Position numbers and translations under genes: made by a program
DNA from: Macrostomum lignano
Taxonomy: Eukaryota
NCBI GenBank assembly: GCA_002269645.1
Contig: NIVC01002591.1
Coordinates: 1-64,000 of the forward strand
Length of the DNA stretch: 64,000 nt
Reading direction: 5' to 3'
In this document: positions 50,411 through 61,200 of the stretch, one piece after another
Numbering within the stretch: the first letter of the stretch is position 1
Layout of the letters: each line of letters opens with the position of its first letter
The notes under the pieces: generated by a model
Databases searched by the model: none
Told to the model about the DNA's origin: nothing
The model's input: the letters and a program-made list of their open reading frames with translations, nothing else

Positions 50411-52523
50411 TCAGTGCGGGCTCGGGTGCATGCCCGGGGTGGCGAATTTCATTCGCTTCTGCTTCTGGCGCTGGTTGCAGAACCAGACTCGGACGACATT
50501 CTTCTTCAGGTTGAGCTTCTCGGCAATCTGGGCGATCTTCTCCGAGGACGGTCGGGGCTGCACGTGGAAGTAGGCCTCTAGCGAACGCTTCTCCGCGTCC
50601 GTTATGGACGTCCGCTTGCGCTTCTTGTCCAGCCCGTCGCCGTAGACGTCCGGGTTCTTCTGCCGCTCCATGGCAACGTGCTCAGCCTCTTCTAGCCAGG
50701 CCTGGAGCACCGGCTTGAGCGCGATCATGTTGTTGTGACTGAGCGTCAGCGACTCAAATCTGCAGATGGTTGACTGCGACAGAGAGCCAACGCCCGGAAG
50801 CTTCAGATTGCCTAAAGCTTTGCCAACGTCGGCTTGAGTTACGCCAAGTTTAATTCGACGCTGTTTGAAGCGTTCAGCGAAGGCTTCGAGCTCCCTGGGA
50901 TCGTAGTCCATCAGTTCTACGGCGGTGGCGGCAGCGACGCTTGCATAGTGCGATGTAGGGCTCATGCACTGCTGCTGGTGCTGCTGCTGCAGGTGCTGCT
51001 GTTGCTGCTGTAACTGCTGCTGCTGTTGTTCATGCACCTGGTGATGCAGCTGCTGTTGCTGCAACTGCTGGTGACCTGCAGCGGCGACCATGTGAGGGTT
51101 AGTCGGATAAGCCAGGTTGTGGTAGCCTCCGTAGCCAACCATCGCCTGCATGTGATGATGATGGTGGCTGAGCTCCTGTTGGTGTTGAAGCTGCTGCTGC
51201 TGATGCTGATGCTGATGCTGCTGATGATGATGCTGCTGCTGATGCAGCTGGTCCTGCTGCATGTAGAGCGGATGCGGCGGCGGCTGCATCTGCGTGTACA
51301 AATTCTCCTGGTGCTGACGCAGGAAGGCTGGCATCGGCATGCCGTGCGGACCGCCGGACGGCTTCATCTCGGCGCCGACCCCACTGCTGCCGCCGCCGTC
51401 CACCAGAGTGGTGGCAGCCCGAGCCAGCAGCTGGTGCTCGTCCAGCGAGAACGAAGCAGCTGTGGTCTAAAATTGTTGAGTTTCTTTATGCATTCGACTT
51501 TTCAGTGAGCGATGGACTCTTTCAAACCTCTTGCAAGCCTTACACAGTGAATATTATCTGTTTAAATAATGAAAATAGTTGAGCTAGAAAGACTGTCACT
51601 TCCTATATTGATACGTTTTCGTTATAATGAGCAAGTGCTGGAAACTGTGAATAGATGTACGAGTATAGGGTGGGCAGTGAAACTTTCTTGTGATTCCTCT
51701 TGTTTCGTTACTTATTCCAAAGCGCCGCTGGTGCTGGCGCCCCTGGTGTTAAAGCCCCTGGTGTTAAAGCCCCTGGTGCTAAAGCCCCTGGTGCTAAAGC
51801 CCCTGGTGCTAAAGCCATTGGTGCTAAAGCCACTGGTGCTAAAGCCACTGGTGCTAAAGCCATTGGTGCTAAAGCCACTGGTGCTAAAGCCCCTGGTGTT
51901 AAAGCCCCTGGTGCTAAAGCCCCTGGTGCTAAAGCCATTGGTGCTAAAGCCCCTGGTGCTAAAGCCATTGGTGCTAAAGCCACTGGTGCTAAAGCCCCTG
52001 GTGCTAAAGCCACTGGTGCTAAAGCCACTGGTGCTAAAGCCCCTTGGTGATAAAGCCCTTGGTGCTAAAGCCCTTGGTGATAAAGCCCCTGGTGCTAAAG
52101 CCACTGGTGCTAAAGCCACTGGTGCTAAAGCCCCTGGTGCTAAAGCCCCTGGTGCTATAGCCCCTGGTGCTAAAGCCCCTGGTGCTAAAGCCACTGGTGC
52201 TAAAGCCACTGGTGCTAAAGCCCCTGGTGCTAAAGCCCCTGGTGCTATAGCCCCTGGTGCTAAAGGCCCTGCTGCTAAAGCCCTGGTGCCGCCGCCCTTC
52301 AATAAAATACCTAGCTAAGCCCGTGCATAATGAGACAAGCAAAGGAACTAACCGATGCCAAACTTACGCCACTGCCGCATCTTCTGACGGCCATGTCCCA
52401 GGGCGAGGCTCTGTAGTGACTGGCGGAGCCGCCCGCAGGATACAGGCTGTCAGACATGCCCAGCTGCTGGTCATGGTGCGGACTGCTAGCGGACACGGCA
52501 GCCGTTGTTGACGCCGCGGCCAT
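50411..52523 (-). CDS. POU4: POU class IV (Brn-3/unc-86/Acj6) transcription factor, 403 aa predicted
   Basis: Exon 1 52523-52368 (GGC|GTAAGT), exon 2 51466-50411 (TTTAG|). Upstream box SLDEHQLLARA, POU-specific domain DPRELEAFAERFKQRRIKLGVTQADVG, homeodomain VRVWFCNQRQKQKR, and a Q/H-rich linker. Confidence 0.97.
51727..52290 (+). repeat. 15-16 bp minisatellite (TGGTGCTAAAGCCCC) in the POU4 intron
   Basis: About 37 units; same family as 24405-25230 and 10735-11004. Confidence 0.96.
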
Positions 52524-52994
52524 CTTGAATCCGTAGAGAGGTGGGGTAGTTTTTATGTGCCTATGTTTTCCTAAAACTAATTGGCCAGGTTAATTACCAT
52601 GCGGTGTCTGCTGGTTTAGTCGCGGGATGACGGGGGTTGCTGTGCCGAGAAGTGGATTTCGCGGCAAGTGCAGCGGCGGCCTTGAATAATGCAGTAAGAC
52701 AAAGAATTGAATTTGCCAAGGAGTCACCTTTCCGAGTGAGAATCGACCAGGTTCGGAATGAGAAGCTGTGTGGGGTGTGTGTGTGTGTCAGGGTGAGAGT
52801 TTCGTGTCTGAGGCACACACACAGAGAGAGAGAGAGCTGGAGCGAGGTTCTGGGGGGTGAATAATTTAACTGGGCCTCAATTATTCAAACTTTCAACACT
52901 TTAAATTGCGGAGGTGAGGAGCCCGCATGGGGAGCAAAGTCGGGGATTCGGGCAGAGTCGCCGATGGGAGATCGCGCTTCCCTCAGACTCGCGC

Positions 52995-53240
52995 CGGCCA
53001 ATCAGGCTTCACCAGACGATGAGATGATGCTGGGAAGATGAAGCTGCGTCCAATAGGAGAAGCTGGCAAGCTGGCTTGAATGGGATTGCAATAGGGGGCC
53101 ACGTCACGCGCATATTTAAAATTAATGAAAAAACTTTTTTTTCGGAAATCCTGCCACGCGACTTTGATGTTCTTCCATCCTGTTTGTATACACTGGAATG
53201 CCCGATGGAGAGGTCAGCGCGTGGACTTTAATTATGCACC
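52995..53240 (-). promoter_or_regulatory. Putative POU4 promoter: CCAAT boxes and a POU4-type site
   Basis: CCAAT at 52998 and 53050; GCATAATTAA on the minus strand at 53228-53237. Motif matches only. Confidence 0.35.
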
Positions 53241-53511
53241 ACGGGGAGAATTGGGAGGCGACAGATGCTGCTGGTTAAGGGTCAACTGCTCCAAAAATTG
53301 ATTAATTTGAAAATTAGGAGTTTATTGCAAATTGAATACTGCATGCTTTCGTGCCCTTGTTAATGTCACTTCTTATACACTATCCCAGTCTCACTGTTCT
53401 ACATCTGATTCAGAACTGTCCTTTTGCTCTACCCAAAACCATTTTGTTCCCAACTCTGAATTACCGCCAGATAAACTGCACTGCCCCTGCATTCTCCCTG
53501 CACTGTACCCA

Positions 53512-54012
53512 CGCTCCCTGCACTACCCATATGCTCCCTGCACTACCCCCATGCTCCCTGCACTACCCATATGCTCCCTGCACTACCCCCATGCTCCCTG
53601 AACTACCCATATGCTCCCTGCACTACCCATATGCTCCCTGCACTACCCCCATGCTCCCTGCACTACCCCCATGCTCCCTGAACTACCCATATGCTCCCTG
53701 CACTACCCATATGCTCCCTGCACTACCCCCATGCTCCCTGCACTACCCATATGCTCCCTGCACTACCCCCATGCTCCCTGCACTACCCATATGCTCCCTG
53801 CACTACCCCCATGCTCCCTGAACTACCCATATGCTCCCTGCGCTACCCATTTGCTCCCTGCACTACCCATATGCTCCCTGCACTACCCATATGCTCCCTG
53901 CACTACCCATATGCTCCCTGCACTACCCATATGCTCCCTGCACTACCCATATGCTCCCTGCACTACCCATATGCTCCCTGCACTACCCATATGCTCCCTG
54001 CACTACCCCCAG
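53512..54012 (+). repeat. 20-bp minisatellite (CACTACCCATATGCTCCCTG)
   Basis: About 25 units. Confidence 0.96.
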
Positions 54013-54879
54013 CTCCCAGCACTGCCTCGAACCTCCCTGCACTATTACCTATCCTACATGTACATAACACCTTTCCATTTGTCCGATACAAACTTCGCAG
54101 CAATATAATATAGAAAAGCGTCAAAAACTAACTAGAAATTACAAGCCTAATATGATTCTTGAGCTTCAATTGTTGATAATTCATAAAAGTTCAGTTTTCT
54201 CAGCCTTCCAATCTCTGCGATTGTTTAATGCTATAGTATTTAAATAATCCATGCTTTCTACTATCAGTAGGTCAATACGCAGCAATAGGTTTTTTTCGAC
54301 AATTTATTTACGTAAAAATAGGTCAAAAATTCCTCGAACTTTCTAGAAGATTCTATGTAGCTGTCGCACTTAAAGCTCAAAGTTCTCTTTTTTTGCACCC
54401 ACGCTGCCGCTGCACGTACAACCCACGTGTCACAGACGTATAAAATGAAACACTGTCTAATAATAGAATGTTGGGCCAAAAAGCGAGTACAGCTTGAGGT
54501 TAAAGGACTCGCGTTGTGTGTGCAGGCATGAATAGCAAGTCGTCTAACTAGGTACTAAACCAAAACTTTCTGCAAGTGAAGCCATATACACATTCCAACG
54601 AGTTAAACAGGCTGTCATTTCATTTTCGACTTCAAGGATTTGAGTTTAAATTATATTGTGAGAAATGTATTCACGTCCGCAATGTGCCAGTTTCAATTGA
54701 GCTAAGTCCGTTGTGCTAAAAATTAGGGTTCTTCAAAAAAGCTGTGCTGATTCTTTTTTTCTAAATTATGTTCGACATTTAACTCGAACAGATGTCGTCT
54801 TATTGCTAATACGCATGCAGTAGGAATGATAATACTTAACATAAGAAAGAGAACGAATTGAGTATTGGGCAGGTAGAGG

Positions 54880-55320
54880 AGAGGAAGAAGGAGAGAAGGG
54901 AGGGGAAGAAGGAGAGAGATAAGGGAAGAAAGAGAGATAAGGGGAAGAAGGAGGGAGATAAGGGAAGAAAGAGAGATAAGGGGAAGAAGGAAAGATAAGG
55001 GGAAGAAGGAAAGATAAGGGGAAGAAGGAAAGATAAGGGGAAGAAGGAAAGATAAGGGGAAGAAAGAGAGATAAGGGGAAGAAGGAAAGATAAGGGGAAG
55101 AAGGAAAGATAAGGGGAAGAAAGAGAGATAAGGGGAAGAAAGAAAGATAAGGGGAAGAAGGAAAGATAAGGGGAAGAAGGAAAGATAAGGGAAGAAAGAG
55201 AGATAAGGGGAAGAAGGAAAGATAAGGGGAAGAAGGAAAGATAAGGGGAAGAAAGAGAGATAAGGGGAAGAAAGAGAGATAAGGGGAAGAAGGAAAGATA
55301 AGGGGAAGAAGGAAAGAGGA
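54880..55320 (+). repeat. 18-19 bp purine-rich minisatellite (GATAAGGGGAAGAAGGAAA)
   Basis: Polypurine tandem array. Confidence 0.9.
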
Positions 55321-55781
55321 GAGGGGAAGAAGGGGAGAAGGGAGGCGACGAAGGAGAGAATTGGGGAGGGGAAGGACGACGGAGAGGGATAAGGGGAAGG
55401 AGAGAGCAGAGGGGAAGAAGGAGAGAGGGGAGTTAAATAAGGAGAGAAGAGAGAGGAGAGCAAGAAGAACAGAGAAGAGAGGAAGGATAGGGGAGGGGAA
55501 GAAGGAGAGAGGGGAGAGGCAGAGGAAAGACAGGAGACCATAAGTCTAAAACTCAGCAAAATAGGGGAAAGAGAGGCGATCAGGAAAGTGCGACCATGCA
55601 ACTATGCTTGCATAATTCACTAACGTATCTAATAATATTTCACCGATGGGCTCGCATGAACTGCCGTTTATTAACTGTAATCACAGTATTGTTTTCCACA
55701 AACAGACTATAAGTATGCATGCATATGCTTTATTTCTAAACAATTTGAAATCGTTAAGCGAGTCGCAAGCTGCATTCAAAA

Positions 55782-56444
55782 CTACCTCCGCGACATCAAC
55801 AAGGCGGAGGGCTCCAACTGATCGGAATCGTCGTTAAAATCAGTTGTCGCGGAAGCAGCCGCCGTCGCCGCACTCTCGACTTCGTGCACCTCTGCGGTGA
55901 GCATTTTGCACTGCCTGGAGAAGGCCGTAAACAGTTCCAGTTCGCGTTGGGACGGCGAGGAGTTTAGCGCCACCCGGCCGAAACACAGCAGGATGTGCAT
56001 CAGTAGAAGTCCGCTAGCGCTGCACAGACTGTAGATCCCGATGTCAGCAGCTGATTGCAGGCCGGCATTCTCTGCCGGGAACAGGCCGTGGAACAGCCAC
56101 AGATAGAAGCCGGTTGCGTATAGAAGGCAGGTGACGAAGGTCAAGCTGATTGACAAACCGTCGCAGATGCTGCTGTGGGTGACGGTCAAGTTAGGCACGC
56201 TGGCGTCTGGGCGAGGCCTGCTATCATTAACAGTTGTCGTTGCTGCGGAAGCTCTACCGGACACCGACGGCTGGCGTTGTTGAGTTGAATGCCGCGTTAT
56301 AAACGATTCCTGGCTGGTGGTGTCCGACTTTATGCTGCCAGCTCTGCCGAAGCCAGCTGTGGCGCTGTCGTGAACGTGCTGGAATTCGCTTTTGTAGAGA
56401 TGCTTCACGATTCCCTGTCTGACTGACTGTCTTAAGTCGGACAT
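55782..56444 (-). CDS. Orphan intronless 220-aa protein with two predicted TM helices
   Basis: ATG-initiated, non-repetitive, GC-rich ORF; hydrophobic segments ISLTFVTCLLYATGFYLWLF and IGIYSLCSASGLLLMHILLCF. Confidence 0.55.
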   Translation of the reverse strand: MSDLRQSVRQGIVKHLYKSEFQHVHDSATAGFGRAGSIKSDTTSQESFITRHSTQQRQPSVSGRASAATTTVNDSRPRPDASVPNLTVTHSSICDGLSISLTFVTCLLYATGFYLWLFHGLFPAENAGLQSAADIGIYSLCSASGLLLMHILLCFGRVALNSSPSQRELELFTAFSRQCKMLTAEVHEVESAATAAASATTDFNDDSDQLEPSALLMSRR

Positions 56445-56969
56445 TGTTTTGATGATTTTGAAAGTTGACGATAAAAAATTAACGAGCGTTGCAATATGAT
56501 AGGCAGATTTTAGCGTAGGCCGCCAAGCTAAAACTGCATAAATAAGCCGAGAAAATTCAAGGTTTGTCTATGGCGATGTAGTACATGCGTACTTATGTTT
56601 GAGTGCACACCAGCATAAATGACTGCAATTAATTTGTGAATGGAAACAAATTGACTGAATTCTTCGTTTTTCTAAAGCCGTTTTTATTTCTAAAGAATTC
56701 TTTTCCATCTTATTAACTGCTCCGGGTCTGTCCTCTCCACACTTACTCGGTAATTCTCTTCCCTATACTAACTGCCCTATCTATATGCATATACATGTAA
56801 GTATACTACATGTAAATGTACATGTACAGTACATGCATTCTCCTCCCGGCCCTATCTCATTGATCTCTTCTTTCTTTCCCCTGATAGCTCGATCTCCCCG
56901 CTTCTTCCAATTATCTTCTCTCTTTTCTCCGCGGCGCCATTCAAGCTTAACAACCATATTAAGTTTAAC

Positions 56970-57380
56970 ATGTCGCCACCGGGAAGACGTAGCTAGCTAG
57001 GGCGGCAGGGGCGGACAATATGTACGTCACTCCAGAAAATCTGTGGGGGTCATGCCAATGCTACCGACCCGTTATGGAAATCAAGAATTTTGCTTCAGGG
57101 CGACAAAATATACATATATACAGTATATTATATACATGTACTGTATAAGCGCCTGCGGAACTACATTAAAATGCATAAGTGCCTGCTGCTGCGCAAAAAT
57201 GAGGGCCTGGATGCGGCGCAAAAATGATCGAGTGCCTGTGGTGCTAAAATTTGAGCGCTGACAACACCGTACCGATTCTGAAAATACATGTAGGAAATAG
57301 TCAATGTCACGTTGTACATGTACATGCATGCATGTAGAATTCTTTGTCCTTTCGTCCCCCCACCATAAAATCGATGTGTA
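56970..57380. mobile_element. Degenerate second copy of the 26222-27061 element
   Basis: 42-nt block 57066-57107 is 40/42 identical to 26329-26370; also shares ACCGATTCTGAAAATA and CCCC.CCATAAAATC. Only about 4 decayed internal units. Confidence 0.75.
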
Positions 57381-58085
57381 CCCAGAGTGTACCACATGCA
57401 CATGTACAGCAGGTGCATACTTGTTCACTGTATTTGTGAATGTACATGTTCCTACATGTTCATATTTGTGTGTATGTACAACATACAGTGTACATGAGTA
57501 AATGTAATATAATATTGATTTATAGTACGTGCAGTATGAAATGGTGACGAAAATGATAATTATTCCAAAACGAAAAATGCATCTCTTCTTTGAAGCAATC
57601 TTTTTATTCGTGGGTTTGTTTGTAGCACAGAAAAAAGCACTTTAATCCAGTTCTATGGAACAAAACTAAACTGCATGATCGCCCGGCCACGCCCGTAAGA
57701 GAGACCATTGATCAACCATTTAAGCACTGATCAAAGATATACGATTCTAAATACATGTAACAATCTATTGATCCAATATCCTTTAAATGCATGTAATTCA
57801 AGGACTCGCACATAAAGCTGTTGTAATGCAGGAATTGCCTCAGTCGAGTATCAGTTCCCTTTCCTTCAGAGATCCCAGTTCCTGAAGTATTTTATAGCTG
57901 CCTTTCAGAACTCCCGGTCAAGTCCCTTTCCTTTGAGATAATTTCCTGTCGAGTATTCATTTACTTTTATTTATAAAACTAAAATATTGCGACAAAAACT
58001 CAAAGAAGCTGTGATGCAAATTTACGGATTTTTAACCTAATTTTGTTAGTTACGATTGTCGTTATTTGACTTAGTCATTTAAAAA

Positions 58086-58148
58086 GAAGTTTCTAGAATT
58101 TTCTTTTCTAGATTTTTCGCCGGCCCACCTTCACTGCATTTATATATA
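58086..58148 (+). promoter_or_regulatory. Heat-shock element and TATA box of hsp70
   Basis: GAAgtTTCtaGAAttTTC (58086-58103, four perfect nGAAn units), an adjacent TTCtaGAtttTTC, and TATATATA at 58141-58148. Confidence 0.8.
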
Positions 58149-58298
58149 GCGCGCTCTGAGCGTCTGATGTGTATTTATCTGTATTTTTCTGTAGCAAGCA
58201 CCTCCTAAAGCATATTCTTGCAGTTAGAATCGAAATTTTACTGTTCTAATTTCAAGTCTGTAACGCAACATTATTGATTATTGACTTAATCGAGCATC

Positions 58299-61200
58299 AT
58301 GGCAAAGGCTCCCGCTATTGGCATTGATCTCGGCACTACCTACTCCTGCGTCGGTGTCTTTCAGCATGGCAAAGTGGAAATCATTGCCAACGACCAAGGA
58401 AATCGCACAACGCCGAGCTATGTTGCATTTACTGACACAGAACGTCTTATTGGCGATTCTGCAAAAAATCAAGTCGCATTAAACCCATCAAACACAGTCT
58501 TTGGTAAGCAGTTTAATATTGTCTGTGATTAGGTCTACTGATTAATCTTAACTTTTTTCAGTAGAGATAATTAAAGTTTAACCAGGCTATTTCTAGAACT
58601 ATGTCTATATAAGTTAATTGTAATATAACTATCTTTATAAACCTAATTTTATTAAGTGGGCCTATTTAATTTACTAGGTCTAACCTAATATAGTAATGTA
58701 TTGAATAAAATTCATAAAGCATACCCTATCAGGCTATTGTATGCCTAGATATATTGTTACAAAATAGCATTATTCATAGAAAAGTCTTAAACTTTAATGC
58801 CCATATTCATATAACAATAGACCTAGCTTAATAAATTATATTCTATTTTAAATTATTTTTTATTTTTTTATTAAAAATCAATAAGAATGTCTAGCTGCAA
58901 AAATTCTAATAAAGCTATTTTAATTTTTCCTCAACTTGTTATTTGTATTGATCAAAATTATATGGTTAAGTTGTATAAAAACATTAATATTGATCCATTT
59001 TCTTTTTTGTCATTTTACATTTTGAATGGATATTTCTTTTTCCTAATTCACAGATGCCAAGCGACTCATTGGGCGCAAGTTTGATGATTCTGTAGTCCAA
59101 CAAGACATGAAGCATTGGCCTTTCACTGTCATCAATGATTCTGGCAGGCCTAAGATTCAAGTTGAGTACAAAGGTGAAACTAAGACCTTCTTTGCTGAGG
59201 AGATTTCTTCCATGGTCTTGACAAAGATGAAGGAGACTGCAGAGGCATACCTGGGAAAGACCGTCACTGATGCTGTTGTCACTGTGCCTGCCTACTTCAA
59301 TGATAGTCAGCGTCAAGCCACCAAGGATGCTGGTGCCATTGCTGGCCTGAATGTGCTGCGCATCATCAACGAGCCCACAGCTGCTGCCATTGCATATGGT
59401 CTAGACAAGAAGAGTGGCCACGAGAGGAATGTGCTCATCTTTGACCTCGGTGGTGGCACCTTCGATGTGTCCATCCTGACAATCGAAGAGGGCATCTTCG
59501 AGGTGAAGTCGACTGCTGGAGACACCCATCTGGGCGGTGAGGACTTTGACAACAGGATGGTGAACCATTTCATCCAGGAGTTCAAGCGCAAGTACAAGAA
59601 GGACATGAGTGACAACAAGCGCGCTGTGAGGCGTCTGCGCACTGCCTGCGAGAGGGCCAAGCGAACTCTGAGCAGCGCCGCCCAGGCCAACATCGAGATT
59701 GACAGCCTATACGAGGGTATTGACTTCTACACGAGCATCACCAGGGCTCGCTTCGAGGAGCTCAACGCCGACCTGTTCCGCGGCACCCTCGAGCCAGTCG
59801 AGAAGTCGCTGCGTGACGCCAAGCTCGACAAGGCGTCCATCAACGAGATTGTGCTGGTGGGCGGCTCGACTCGAATCCCGAAGATCCAGAAGCTGCTGCA
59901 GGTGAGCAACTTGAAGTTTTTTAGATACTTCTTAGAAATTAAAGCTTGAGTAGTTAATTCAGCTGTTCTGCGAACTCAGATGATGATATTCTGTAAGGTA
60001 TTCGCGGTTTCGACAGACGGACCTGCAGTGGGTTCTCTGATGCCCAAGACCTTCCTTAGTCTGATGCTGAGATTCGCACCTTCAGTAGGATTACTTATTT
60101 GCTTATTGTTAGTGTAGGCTAAAGCACTGGCCAGCCAGAGCTCTCTCAGATGATGATATTCTGTAAGGTATTCGCGGTTTCGACAGACGGACCTGCAGTG
60201 GGTTCTCTGATGCCCAAGACCTTCCTTAGTCTGATGCTGAGATTCGCACCTTCAGTAGGATTACTTATTTGCTTATTGTTAGTGTAGGCTAAAGCACTGG
60301 CCAGCCAGAGCTCTCTCAGATGATGATATTCTGTAAGGTATTCGCGGTTTCGACAGACGGACCTGCAGTGGGTTCTCTGATGCCCAAGACCTTCCTTAGT
60401 CTGATGCTGAGATTCGCACCTTCAGTAGGATTACTTATTTGCTTATTGTTAGTGTAGGCTAAAGCACTGGCCAGCCAGAGCTCTCTCAGATGATGATATT
60501 CTGTAAGGTATTCGCGGTTTCGACAGACGGACCTGCAGTGGGTTCTCTGATGCCCAAGACCTTCCTTAGTCTGATGCTGAGGCTGGCCCAGTGGGGAGCT
60601 CGGAACAAAGCAAAGCAGTCCATCTGTAATCCCCATCGTCATCCCCACCCGCCATCTCGCAGGACTTCTTCAGCGGCAAGGAGCTCAACAAGTCAATCAA
60701 CCCGGACGAGGCCGTCGCCTACGGCGCCGCCGTCCAGGCCGCCATTCTGCACGGCGACAAGTCCGAGGCGGTGCAGGACCTCCTGCTGCTGGACGTGACG
60801 CCACTGTCGCTCGGCATCGAGACCGCTGGCGGCGTGATGACGGCCCTCATCAAGCGGAACACCACCATCCCCACCAAGCAGACGCAGACGTTCACCACCT
60901 ACTCGGACAACCAGCCTGGCGTTCTAATCCAGGTGTACGAAGGCGAGCGCGCCATGACCAAGGACAACAACCTGCTGGGCAAGTTCGAGCTGTCCGGCAT
61001 CCCGCCGGCTCCGCGCGGAGTCCCCCAGATCGAGGTGACCTTCGACATCGACTCCAACGGCATTCTCAACGTGTCCGCCGTGGAGAAAAGCACCAACAAG
61101 GAGAACAAGATCACCATCACCAACGACAAGGGCCGTCTCAGCAAGGAGGACATCGAGCGGATGGTCAACGAGGCCGAGCGCTACAAGGCCGAGGACGACA

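Noticed and set aside
51569-52342. Collagen-like GAKAP ORFs
   Set aside because: A 15-bp array within the POU4 intron, which is defined by good splice sites.
59975-60581. CRISPR-like repeat-spacer array
   Set aside because: Spacers are identical, the repeats are 97 nt with C/D boxes and rRNA antisense elements, the context is a eukaryotic intron, and there are no cas genes.
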